A stretch of DNA of 64,000 nt, taken from positions 13,143,360 to 13,207,359 of the forward strand of contig NC_043019.1 of assembly GCF_006345805.1 (NCBI RefSeq). Direction: 5' to 3'. Below are positions 52,022 through 64,000 of the stretch, piece by piece. Made by a program: the position numbers and the translations under genes. Position 1 is the first letter of the stretch. Each line of letters opens with the position of its first letter. The DNA comes from Octopus sinensis (taxonomy: Eukaryota). A model generated the notes under the pieces. It was not told the DNA's origin and did not search any database. It saw nothing but the letters and a program-made list of their open reading frames with translations.

Positions 52022-52324
52022 CTGTTGTGTCTGGGGAGAGTCATATTCTTTTTGTGCTTTATAATTTAACACACTCACCGGTAAAATTTACACTTATTCC
52101 TTATTTTTATTTTCCTAAAATTAAAAAATTTTCATTGCGTCTTGCAATCTTTTCAATAGTCTTGATTCAGTGTAAATAACGGACAGAGTCAAGACTATTG
52201 AAAAGGTTGCAAGACGCAACCAAAATTTTAGGAAAGTAAAAATAAGAACTAAGTGGAAATTTTACTGGTGAGTGTGTTACATTATAAGGCACAAAAAGAA
52301 AATGACTCTCCCCAGACACAACAG
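52022..52324. mobile_element. TA-associated fold-back element
   Basis: Arms 52022-52168 and 52186-52324, 17-nt loop, scattered mismatches and one ~8-bp indel. Confidence 0.75.
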
Positions 52325-52789
52325 TGTATATATATATGTATATATTCGCGCATGCACACACACACACACACATGTACGGGTATACTTAGCAGTGCACACA
52401 CGCACATCTGGAAGGTGCTGCATGCTATTGCACTGTTGCCTTGTTTCGGTAGGAAATGGAACGGAGACTGCGGTACACGTTTGAGCTCTTAAACTGGCGC
52501 CAGACGTCAAGGAAGTATGTTTAACCTATTCATTTCTACAACATGTTTATTAGTTTGGAATTGAAAATAACCATTCAGCTCTGCTTAGAGACAGGCCATG
52601 AGAGCTAAAGAGGGGGGAGAGGAGGAGGGAGAGGACAGTACAACAAATGGAAGGGGGTTTTGTTTTTGTTTGTTGGTTTGTTGGTTTTCTGGGTATCATC
52701 TTTGCGGGTGTGGATTTCACATAGAATGAGTCTCCTGTTGTTTAGTTTGGGATGTAGAGTAACGGTTTCCTTCTGCAGAAAGGGAGATG

Positions 52790-53490
52790 GAGAGAGGATG
52801 AGAGTGTGTATGTGTGTGTGTGTGTGTGTTTATGTTGTGGAGAGAGACAGGCTGACAGAGAGAGAAAGAGAAAGAGAAGGGGTGGAATACAGACTGAAAG
52901 AGAAGGGGGAGAAGACAGATTGACACAGAGAGAGAGAGACACACACACACAGAAAGGTTGAGAGAGAGAGAGAGAGAAAGAGGGGGAAGAGACAGACAGA
53001 AAGATACAGAAAAGATGACAGAGAGAGAGAGAGGAAGAGACATACAGCAGAAAGCAAGAAAGTGAGAGAGACAGGAAGAGAAACAGACAGGAGAGAGAGA
53101 GAGAGGGAGACAGGAAAGTGAGAAAGAAATAGAGACAAACTGACAGAGAAAGTGTATGTGTGTGTGTGAGAGAGAGAGAGAAGGAAACAGAAAGAGAGGA
53201 GGAGGAAGACAGACTGACAGAGAGACACACACACACGCACACACAAAGGATGAGAGAGAGAGTGGAAGAGAGACACAGAAAAGATGACAGAGAGAGAGAG
53301 AAAGAGGAAGAGACATACAGACAGAAAGCAAAAAAAGAATGAGATATAGGAAGAGAAACAGACAGGAGAGAGAGAGAGAGAGAGAGAAAGACAGGGAAAG
53401 TGAGAAAGAAATAGAGACAAACTGACAGACAGAGAAAGTGTTGTGTGTGTGTGAGAGAGAGAGAGAGAGAAAGACTGATAGACAGAGTGG
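52790..53490. repeat. Degenerate (GA)n array
   Basis: Directly visible, with an internal partial duplication. Confidence 0.9.
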
Positions 53491-53870
53491 GAGAATATTA
53501 AAAACATAAGGGACAATCCTTCCTGGAATTGTTCTTTTAGTTTCAACTTTACAATCTTTAAAGAAGCAGCAACCAAATCCACCTCAAAACTTTGTCTGCC
53601 ATGTTAGAAATAGAAGATACTTGCTTAAGGTACCGCACAGCAGGCTTGAACCTGGAGCCACGACGTCTCTGGAAAGCTAACTTCTTTAACCACACAGCCA
53701 ATGCCTGCACTCCACACACACAAATACACCCTTCACCATCATCATCATCGTCATCATCATCACCACCACCACATATGAGCCAGTGGGGGGGGGGCTTTAA
53801 ACTGATCAGTTATCCTCCTTGTTAAAGCAACTCACTGTACTGAGGCCCTTTAGGGAAGGGAAAAGGGATG

Positions 53871-54088
53871 TTACCTCTTTCGGATTCAAATTACCCTGTC
53901 AAAATGTGCTGCTTATTTTGAATTAAACCATGTAGCTTCATGTAGCTTCAAGATTTTTATGGTGTGATTGTTTACTTTTAGAATGGCATTGTAGGATAGG
54001 TGTGACAGGCCAGATGTGACCAGTTTGAATATAAAACAAATAGGGTATTTTTGGCCAGATAGGGCCAGTTTAAATGTTAAGGGGTTGA
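53871..54088 (-). mobile_element. piggyBac-like MITE, decayed
   Basis: Ends resemble TTAA-CCCTTT...AAAGGG-TTAA; related fragments at 32815-32890 and 58222-58330 (the latter ends gaatgctaaatagttaa). Confidence 0.45.
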
Positions 54089-55679
54089 AGAATAGGTTTG
54101 CTAAAAATGTAAGATGCCTTTTGACAATAGGTTGGCTCAATCAGACCTGACCTTGGGTTAAATAACGACAGTATACGCATACACATTGTCAACGAACCAA
54201 ATAATAAAAAAAATGAAGTCTTAGAGAAACTAGACTGTAAGTAATTGCAAGTTTATGAAGTTCTGTACAGTTTTGGAATTCGTTAAGAGCAAAGGTGAAA
54301 CCACTTGTTGCTTTAAGTACTGTTTAAAATATGACTATAGTTTTTCATTGAGTCACACTGTTGTATAATTAGTGTTTTAGAGTTAAATCTAGGATTGTTT
54401 TACATTGCTCTGCCTTCTCAGAATCAATGAGGGAGTCTCTGTATGGGTGCTCGACATGCTAAACATAACTGCCAAATTTCCTTCAAATTACATCTTGGTA
54501 TTTTAAAAAAAGAAGTGGATACATTAGATAATGCAGTCAGAGGTATACAACAACAATCATCATCATGCTAAGCATAACAGCCAGGTTTCCCTCAAATTTC
54601 ATTTTGGTATTTTAAACAGAAGGGAAGGATACATTACACCACCGATGTTGTTCAAGGGAAAGGCAAAGAGATTGATACAGCTTGGCGCCTGTGACATCGC
54701 AACTCATTTCTACAGCTGAGTGAACTGGAGCAACGTGAAATGAAATCTCTTGCTCAAGAACACAACACACAGCCCAGCTCAGGGAATCGAACTTACTACC
54801 TGACAATTGTAAGCCCAATGCCCTAACCACTGAGCCATGTGCTTTCACACACACATACCATCATCATCATCATCATCATCGTTTAACGTCCGCTTTCCAT
54901 GCTAGCATGGGTTGGACGGTTCAACTGGGGTCTGGGAACCCAGGAGGCTGCACCAGGCTCCAGTCTGATCTGGCAATGTTTCTACAGCTGGATGCCCTTC
55001 TTAACGCCAACCACTCCGTGAATGTAGTGGGTGCTTTTTACGTGCCACCGGCACAGGTGCCAGACGGGGCTGGCAAATGACCACGGTCGGATGGTGCTTT
55101 TTACATGCTGCCGGCACGGGGGCCAGGCGAGGCTGGCAACAGCCGCAATCAGATGGTGCTTTTTACGTGCCACCGGCACGAAGGCCTGTCGGGGCGGCGC
55201 TGGCAACGGCCACAATCGGATGGTTCGCTTACGTGCCACCGGCACTGGTATCACAGCCGCAATTCCATTGATGTTGATCGACTTCGATTTTGGTTGGTTT
55301 CTTTCAGTTGATGTTTATCAAATCCACTCACAAGGCTTCAGTTGCCCCAGGGCTATAGCAAAAATAATGCTTGCCCCACAAGGCGCCAATGCAGTGGGAC
55401 TGAACCCACGACCATATGTGGTTGGGAATCCGGCTCCTTAACCACTCAGCCATGCCTGTTTCCTTCATTTCAATATCAATTCTATCGTGACTTATAAATC
55501 CGTTCAACATGCTTTTTAGTGTATTTATGGTTGCATAACGAAATACCATGTGCCTACGGGTCATTAGCATCAGACTCCCAGTCTATCCCTCCTCCTCAGC
55601 TCCCTCTCTCTCCCCTCTTTCTCTCTCTCTCTTTTGCATCTTTATGAGCACGAGAAGAAAGTGGTGGTGATACTGCCAG

Positions 55680-56250
55680 TGGTTGGTGATGGGGGTGTCA
55701 GTGTTAGGGGTTTATATTGATGGTTGGGGTGATGGTAATGGTAGTGGTGATAGTGTTGGTGGCTATGGTGGTAGCTATGGTGATAACGGTTGCAGTTTTG
55801 GTGGTAGTAGTGGTTGCGGTTTCGGTAGTGGTGGTCACGGTTTTGGTGGTTGAAGTGGTCATTGTTTTGGTGGTAGTGGTAGTTGCAGGTTTTGTAGTAG
55901 TGATGGTAGTAGTGGTCACAGTTTTAGTGGTAATAGCTGTAGTGGTGGTTGCAGTTTTGGCAGTAGTGTTGGTAGTAGTTGTAGAGGTGTTTGCAGTTTT
56001 GGTGATAGTGGTTACAGTGGTGGCGGTGGTGGTAAGGGTTGTGGCGATGGTGCTGTAGCAGTGGAATAGTGGAAGTGGTGGTGATTGCAGTGGTGGTAGT
56101 AGTAGTGGTAGTAGTAGTAGTTTTTTTTTATGGCAGCTGTAATAAGAATCTAGACACCAAGGAACAAAAAAATGTGAAGTACCACCACCACCACCACCAA
56201 CAGCAGTAGTAGGTAGTAGTAGTAGTAGTAGTAGTAACAGTAGTATTAGT
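55680..56250. repeat. Degenerate (GTG)/(GTA) array
   Basis: Directly visible. Confidence 0.9.
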
Positions 56251-56594
56251 ATCTATGAAATATCTATTACAATCTCTAAACTATCTCCTGTACACATTTT
56301 CAATTTTCCAATTCCATTGGCGATAAACAAAACAAGGAAATCAAAATAAAATTTTTTTAAAAAAGCAAAGACAAAAAAAAAACAAAACAAACAAAACCCA
56401 AGCAACACCTGTGATCTTTGTGGGTGTTTGCGTAGTGGTCGGGGGGTGGGGTGGGGTGGGTGTTGGCTGGTCTCTTGCTCTTGTTTGGTGTTTGGTTGGT
56501 GGTGGTGGTGGTCGTGGTTGGGGTGTGCTAGTTTGGTTGTCAGAAGAAACAAGAAACGGACAGCTGATTGTGTTTCTCTCCTGTTTTTTTCTTC

Positions 56595-56628
<34 letters not shown>

Positions 56629-56858
56629 GAATTATTTTCTTGTTCCTGCTTTATCTCTCTCTCTCTCTCTCGCCCTCTCTTTCTCTCTGTCTCTATCTAT
56701 CTGTCTATTTCTATCTTTATTTCTCTCCCTCTCTCTCTCCCTCTCCACTCTCCCTATCTGTAGAGAAGTCATATTCTAACTCAAATGTTCCTGGTAATAA
56801 GCAGCTGGCTGTGCATATACAATTGTTTGTGTATACATGTATATATGTGTACATCATG

Positions 56859-56903
<45 letters not shown>

Positions 56904-57313
56904 GTATGTCTGAATGAAAGTGTGTGTATATATATATATATATCTGCATGTCCGAATGAATGTGTGTGTACATACATGTATGTATATATATATATATACA
57001 ACAATAGTATTAAGGAATGACCCTGACAGGTCGTTCAACTCACTTGAAAAGAGCAGCTAAACTCAAAACCGCAAAAATAGTAGTAATTCTGAAACTAGAG
57101 GAGAAATAATATATATATATATATATATATATATCTGTATGTCCGAATGAATGTGTGTGTATATACATGTATGTGTGTGTATATATATATATATTATATA
57201 TATATATATAGATAGATACATATATATATACGTATATATATATATATATGTATCTGTATGTCCGAATGAATGTGTGTGTATATATTATATATATATCTGT
57301 ATGTCCGAATGAA

Positions 57314-57370
<57 letters not shown>

Positions 57371-57711
57371 AAAGTCATAAATGACAGAGAAATGGTTTGA
57401 TGAAATTTTATTTAACAATAAGAAAATTCTAACATCATGACACATTGTTTCGTAACTTAAGAACATGTAAGTAATTTATATTATTACATTTAATAATAAA
57501 TTACTTCTGTCCTCAGGTGATAGAAAGTCTTTGTTAAATAGTAAATGCTCAGTTCTATGTTAACAACAAACAAGATGAGGACCAATATCCATCAAATGTA
57601 AATAATGTAGATAATGTACATAATTCCTCATCTATTAAGTATAGAACTGTATTATCTAATCTGAATGGAACTGGCATTAGACTTCAGCCCGAGTTCGATT
57701 CCAGGCAGTGA

Positions 57712-57785
<74 letters not shown>

Positions 57786-57832
57786 TCGAAAAATACCTTA
57801 GGACTGAGAACCCAAGTTTGAAATTTCCCCAA

Positions 57833-57874
57833 GACACCTGATGAAGGCTGGAGGGTATATCAGCCGAAACGTGT
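57833..57874 (+). ncRNA. Type I hammerhead motif lacking its cleavage triplet
   Basis: GACAC CTGATGA A GGCTG-10 nt-CAGCC GAAAC GTGT: intact core and 5-bp stem II; ACAC/GTGT stem I directly abuts GAAAC. Confidence 0.6.
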
Positions 57875-57956
57875 AAACAACAAACAAGATGAGGACAAAT
57901 ATCTGTCGAATGTAAATAATGTACTAAATCCTCGTTGTAATGTTATAGGAATGGAC

Positions 57957-58009
<53 letters not shown>

Positions 58010-58462
58010 AATATGTCTGTGTTCATAAATGTGATATACATGCGCACACGTGTGTGTATATATGCATATATTCACACATGTGCATGCGTGTACATATGTA
58101 TGTGTATATATATATACATAAAGTGTATCATCAGTCCTCCAAAACCTGTTGGCACAGGTTTTGAGGTCTGATAATAAGCTGTAAAGCCAAGCGCTTTATG
58201 GACATGTAACCCAGTGTTATCCCTTAGACTGGCCTTATCTATCTTTATACTAAATGCATGACTGATTCAAATCAATTGGAATAAATAAGCTTTACATTTG
58301 ACACAGTAATCTGAATGCTAAATAGTTAAATTTATTTGTGCGTTCATATTACACACTCTTTGCATCTAACTAGATATTTTTCATGGAAAGTGCTCCATAA
58401 CAAATGAAAGCAAAAATGGAGAAAAATTAATTAGAACTATCACTACAATATCTATGGCAATA

Positions 58463-58501
<39 letters not shown>

Positions 58502-59724
58502 TATATATATAAGAACCTGTAAGAATCTTGAATGTATCATACAAGGTTGATATGTATGTATTTCTTTTAATCCGGGATGTAATGTTGTTTCACTGTATTT
58601 GTATATATGATTTTTCAGACAGGCATCAAATTTTCATTGAAATTTAGTGGTATAATTATGCTTGTGTTTGTTGTCCCTTCAAGTCCCGATGGAATTGTAG
58701 GGGATGAGGGTGGGAAGGGCCATCATGACATGCAACATGTCTCAAGACATTTGAAATCTGGCAGATTATAACTGAATTCTTCTTCTGTTCTTTTTGTTCT
58801 TCTTGTATTCTTCTTTTCTTGTATTTCTCTTGTGTTTTTCTTCTTGTATTCTTCTTCTTCAATCCTTCTTCTTCTCTTGTATTCTTCTATTCTTCTTCTT
58901 TGAAAGAGAGAGAGAGTGGAAGGGAGAAGAAGAAGAAATGACCCTCCCTGTTACTTTATTGACCCCCAACCCCCACCCTACAATAAGGGCAAATGGCAAT
59001 CCTTGCTTTAGCAGGATTTGAACACAAGTGTTGCAGGTAACCAGAATAAACACTGCCAGACTCCAGTCTTACTGCAGACGCCAATCTTGAGTGACACAAC
59101 CTTATGAACAGCGGCTTTGTTTACTACCTGTATACAAATGTCAAAACAAGGGGAGAAGACACACACACACACTCACACACACATTCCTACATACATACAC
59201 AGGTACTTACATACACACACACCTACATATACATATGTCTGTATGCAGTGATCTTCTTACAGTTTCCAGCTACAAAATTTACCCATAAGGGTAAAATTAG
59301 TTGACCTGAGACTGGAGCTAAAGATGTATGCCCCATATATGCATAAACACACACACACATATATCCATGTATTACACACACACACACACACACACACATC
59401 CATTATTATACACATGCACACATACATATTTGTGTGGATGTATACATACATTTATGCATACAAATGTTATGAGTCTATGTGTATATATGTATGTATGTGT
59501 GTGGACACAACACACACTTGCATGTGTGTATATGTAATTCTCTGTTTACAGTGTTTTTGTATGTCCACACAATTCTTCCTTCCTTCTTTCCTTATTTCTT
59601 TCTTCCTTCCCTTTTTCTTTCTTTCTTCCTTCCTTTCTTTTTTTCTTTCTTTCATAGATTATATTACATTTCTGTATGTTTTGTTTAAACATGAAATCTC
59701 CTGACACATAAAGAAGCCATTCAT

Positions 59725-59732
59725 AGAGAGAG

Positions 59733-59818
<86 letters not shown>

Positions 59819-60125
59819 GCGAGAGAGAGAGAGACAGACAGACAGAGTGAAAGATACACTGAGAGAAAGATTGATAGACTGATCAGAGACAGACAGATAG
59901 AAAGATGTATAGACAGAGAGAGAGATAGATTGAGAAATAGTTATAGATAGATAGGCAGATAGAGATAAATAGATAGGCATATAGATTAGATATAGAGATA
60001 AAGGGAAATAGATAGGCAGATAGATAAAGGCTGAAAGACAAGATATAGGACAGAGAGACAGATATAAAGAGATAGATAGCAATAGATAGATTTATTGATA
60101 GATAGGTAGATAGATAGATGGAGGA
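59725..60125. repeat. (GATA)n array and degenerate continuation
   Basis: Directly visible. Confidence 0.95.
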
Positions 60126-61019
60126 GAAATTGAGTGAAATCTACTATTGTTCTTTGTCTGTTCACCCTAGTGAATGAATAACTTACATAATATTACTCAT
60201 ACCGTTATGTACTCTTCATACGACCACCACCATCACAACAGCTTCTCTGTCCATCCACTCTCTCTCTCTCTCTCTGCCATGTACTTAACCCAGTGTGAGC
60301 CAACAGGGAGATGACATTCTTTGTGGTCATTTGACCAGCTAGAAATAGCAGCCAAATTTTTACATGAAATTGCTTTCCACTCACTTAAAAATAAAGAAAA
60401 GGCAGTACATGCATATTAGATAAGGCAATCCTAGACCCCCCCCCCGCCATGACCACTACTACATCAACGAAAGAAAGCAGAGATTGTGAAGGTTGGAATA
60501 TCCGCTTGCTGGGATGATCAGCATTCACCTAGAATTAAACAACAACAATAATAATCCTTTCTACTATAGCCACACAGCCTGGATTTTGTGGGGAAGGGGG
60601 ACAGTCAAGCACATCGACCCCAAATACTCAACTGGTCCTTCATTTATCAACCCCCGAAAGGATGAAAGGCAAAGTTGACCTCAGCAGAATTTGAACTCAG
60701 AATGTAGTGACGGGCGAAATACTGCTAAGCATTTCACCCACCGTGCTAATGATTCTGCCAGCTCGCAACCTTAACAACAACAACAACAATAATAATAATA
60801 ATAATTCTTTGTACAAGGTTTGAGATTCCAGTGTATGACTGGTATTTTATTTTATTGACCTCGAAAGGATAAAAGACAAAGTAGTCTTTGGCAATATTTG
60901 AACTCAGAACACTTTGTCCATTACACTAATAATTCTGTCAGCTCACTGCCTTAAACAACATCAGCCATAATCTTATTGGCACACAACCTGAAATATTAAA
61001 GAAGAAGGCTAATCAATTA

Positions 61020-61674
61020 CAGGCCGTTGTCGATTTAAGACCACAATTGGTTCCAACTGATGAGTCATTAGTCGATTTGATCATAAGTCGGCTTATAGGC
61101 CTACATAGCTTTGTTTTATATTTTGACATTCTTAAGGTACATTCTCAGGTAAAAGTCACACACAGCATTTTGTATTATGCTTTTATACTGGCGTTAGTAT
61201 AGAATTTCGGAGTCTCAAGTATTTGTCTTATAAACAAATACGAGGTTGCCTCGATGTCTTCACAACAGGATCGTCATCCTACACAGTGGCGATCAATAAC
61301 CAAACCTAGGGGAAGTGTTTGTTAGCTGACATCATCTGTAGATGGGTTAATTTCTAAGAAATTAAACCCATTAGATTCCAACTGGACTATTTAGTATTGT
61401 TGCCGGGAGATGGCGTGCCAATCATTTTAAAGTTGATCGGTCATAAGTTCAAATTCCACCAAGGTTGACATTCTGAGTTCAAATTCCGCCGACGTCGACT
61501 TTGCCTTTCATCCTTTCGGGGTTGTTTAAATAAGTACCAGTTACGCACTGGGGTCAATGTAATCGACTTAATCCGTTTTTGTCTGTCCTTGTTTGTCCCC
61601 TCTGTGTGTAGCCCCTTGTTGGTAGTAAAGAAATAGGTCATAAGTCGGATAGGTCGTAAGTCGACAAGGACCTG
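61020..61674. mobile_element. Tigger/pogo-like MITE with a nested SINE
   Basis: TIRs caggccgttgtcgatttaagacc / ggtcgtaagtcgacaaggacctg match 19/23; SINE at 61449-61635 flanked by ggtcataagt repeats. Confidence 0.55.
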
Positions 61675-62193
61675 CACTTCAATACCAGTGCTCAACTGGA
61701 ACTTTAATTCATTGGCCCTGAGAGCATGAAAGACCAAGTAGTCCTCAGCCATACTTGAACCCAGAATGTGAAGAACTGGAAGCATTGCTGCTAAGCATTT
61801 TGTCCATCACACTGGAGATTCTGCCAGCTCACTACTTCAAACAGCAGCAACAATAAGGGACAATAGCTGGGGCTTACCTACCTCTCTGCCTACCCCACTG
61901 ACCTCCTCCATTCACACTGTATGGCTCATTTGTTCTTGACCTCCGACCTCAGTTGATGTTAGCTGCTGTGACCTTTTCTGTTTCTTAACATCTTAGCTGA
62001 AGCCACTGAACTCTCTCCTCCCACCACCTCTCTCTCTCTCTCTCTCTGTTTTCCCCCTCTGACACCCCCTTTAAGGCATAGCCTTTGATATGATATGGGT
62101 CAACCTTTGATCTTATCTCTTCAAAAGAGCCTTATCTCAGCTGTTGCATCCATAGTGGTCTATTTTGTAATTGTAGTAGTAGTAGTAGTAGTA

Positions 62194-62230
<37 letters not shown>

Positions 62231-63127
62231 CAACAACAATTTCTTTTAGTAGCTACACAAGGGCCATAGGTGAGGATGACATCACAAGTACAGACAAGAA
62301 TTTGTGTGGGGAATGACATAAAAGATGGGGTCAAGGAAAGGAAAAAAGACATTGAAATGCAATAAAAGTGTACATAGACACAGGCGTGGGCTGTGTGGTA
62401 AGAAGCTTGCTTCCCAACCAGATGGTTCCGGGTTCAGTCCCACTGCATGGCACCTTTGACAAGTGTCTATATATATATTTCTTTACTGCCCACAAGGGGC
62501 TAAACACAGAGGGGACAAACAAGGACAGACAAACGAATTAAGTCGATTATATCGACCCCAGTGTGTAACTGGTACTTATACACTGGGGTCAATATAATCG
62601 ACTTAATCCGTTTGTCTGTCCTTGTTTGTCCCCTCTGTGTTTAGCCCCTTGTGGGCAGTAAAGAAATATATATATAGTGTCTATAAGTGTCTATATATAT
62701 GTATCTGTGTGTGTCTTTGTATCTGTATTTGTCCCCTATCACTACATAACTTAGCAGTTCGGCAAAAGAGACCGATGGAATAAATACTAGGCTTAAAAAT
62801 AAAAATTTAATGGTAGGCACAGGGGTGGCTGTGTGGTAAGTAGCTTGCTTATCAATCACATGGTCCTGGGTTCAGTCCCACTGTGTGGCACCTTGGGCAA
62901 ATGTCTTCTACTCGATCACATCGAGCCCCCACAGTGTTTCACTGGTACTTTATTTTTATCGACCCAAAAAGGATGAAAGGCAAAGTGGGCCTCGATGGAA
63001 TTTGAACTCAAGAATGTAGCGACAGGCGAAATGCCGCTGAGCATTTCGTCTGGTGTAATGATTCTTCCAGCTTGCCGCCTTGATGATATAATAATAATAA
63101 TAATAATAATAATAGTAATAATAATAA

Positions 63128-63600
63128 CTGATTGGAAGTGTTATCATGTACATTGTTTTGTCTTGGTATAAAAGATGGGCCACAGCAAATATTCTGCTCA
63201 ATACCACAGATTTGCTTGTCAGTTGTTTGACCTTAACCAGTTGAGCATGTCCCTTAGTGGCTGACGATATGTGCATCTCTGATCACGAGCAGAAGTAGTG
63301 GGGGAGCATCATAGCCATGTGTTGAGAGGGATTCTTTGGGGTTTGAATAGTTCACCTCTGGAAACATGGGTGGTTCTTTCAACATCCTTAAACAACCCTT
63401 ATTCAGGGACCTTTCGGGCAAGATGGGCTACTCAACCTGAAGAAAATTCTAACTGGGCCCCACCTGCAAGGTCATGTGCTGTTTATCTTGATATGAGATC
63501 ACCATGTCGCACACATATGGTTGTGATGCATGTGCCTGGTGTACCCTTATCTGACGGGTAGTCATGATGGGTACAATGAGCTTCTCATATATTTGTACCC
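63128..63600 (-). mobile_element. Unclassified interspersed repeat abutting an (AAT)n tract
   Basis: Complex ~470-bp block ending in (TTA)n on the minus strand; I recognise it only as an octopus-type repeat. Confidence 0.35.
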
Positions 63601-63727
63601 CTGCATCCCTTTGATGGCGTGTGCTGCTCTCTTACTCAATTATAATCTATGAATTCTTATATTAAGAATCACAGTGCATATCTGGCACTTAATATACCAA
63701 AGGTAATATCCACCCTGGTTTTATTAT

Positions 63728-64000
63728 ACTCTTACTCTTTATTCTTTTACTGGTTTCAGTCATTTGACTGCGGCCATGCTGGAGCACTGCCTTTAGTCGG
63801 GCAAATGACCCCGGGACTTATTCTTTGCAAGCCCAGTACTTATTCTATCGGTCTCTTTTGCCGAACCGCTAAGTGACGGGGACATAAACACACCAGCATC
63901 GGTTGTCAAGCAATGCTAGGAGGACAAACACAGACACACAGACATACACGCACGCACACACACACACACATATATATATATGTATATATACGACAGGCCT
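63728..64000 (-). mobile_element. Composite CORE-like SINE, cut by the window end
   Basis: Reverse complement of the 3' module of 22181-22563. Confidence 0.8.

Noticed and set aside
56900-57320. Five copies of atctgtatgtccgaatgaatgtgtgtgt in TA tracts
   Set aside because: Ordinary compound minisatellite from slippage; no structure seen

Overview
AT-rich, repeat-saturated animal genomic DNA with one 100-N gap (14468-14567). The SINE families and microsatellite load resemble what I know of Octopus/coleoid genomes; this assignment is inference, not a database match. I cannot support any complete protein-coding gene, rRNA, real tRNA or CRISPR array, and nearly all supplied ORFs are microsatellite or SINE read-throughs. 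The window looks intergenic or intronic. It contains several tRNA-derived SINE families, RTE-type LINE remnants, Penelope-like (PLE) RT/GIY-YIG relics, three short Helitrons, Tc1/mariner, pogo-like and piggyBac-like MITEs, and long simple repeats. Main result: several mostly dissimilar short elements sit in or next to (TA)n or (AAT)n tracts and carry type I hammerhead ribozyme motifs. One is essentially complete (27716-27816), lies in a 474-bp unit with an exact 50-bp terminal redundancy, and looks like a retrozyme or non-autonomous PLE. More decayed motifs occur at 4712-4749, 12045-12082, 45091-45125, 57833-57874 and, weakly, 39001 and 15989. TA-flanked fold-back elements include a 173-bp palindrome, a ~145-bp palindrome and a 4x array of 56-bp hairpins. 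Also noted: a 46-bp minisatellite with pseudoknot topology, a perfect recursive-splice-site-like motif and two weak terminal-exon candidates. All alignments and pairings were read by eye.
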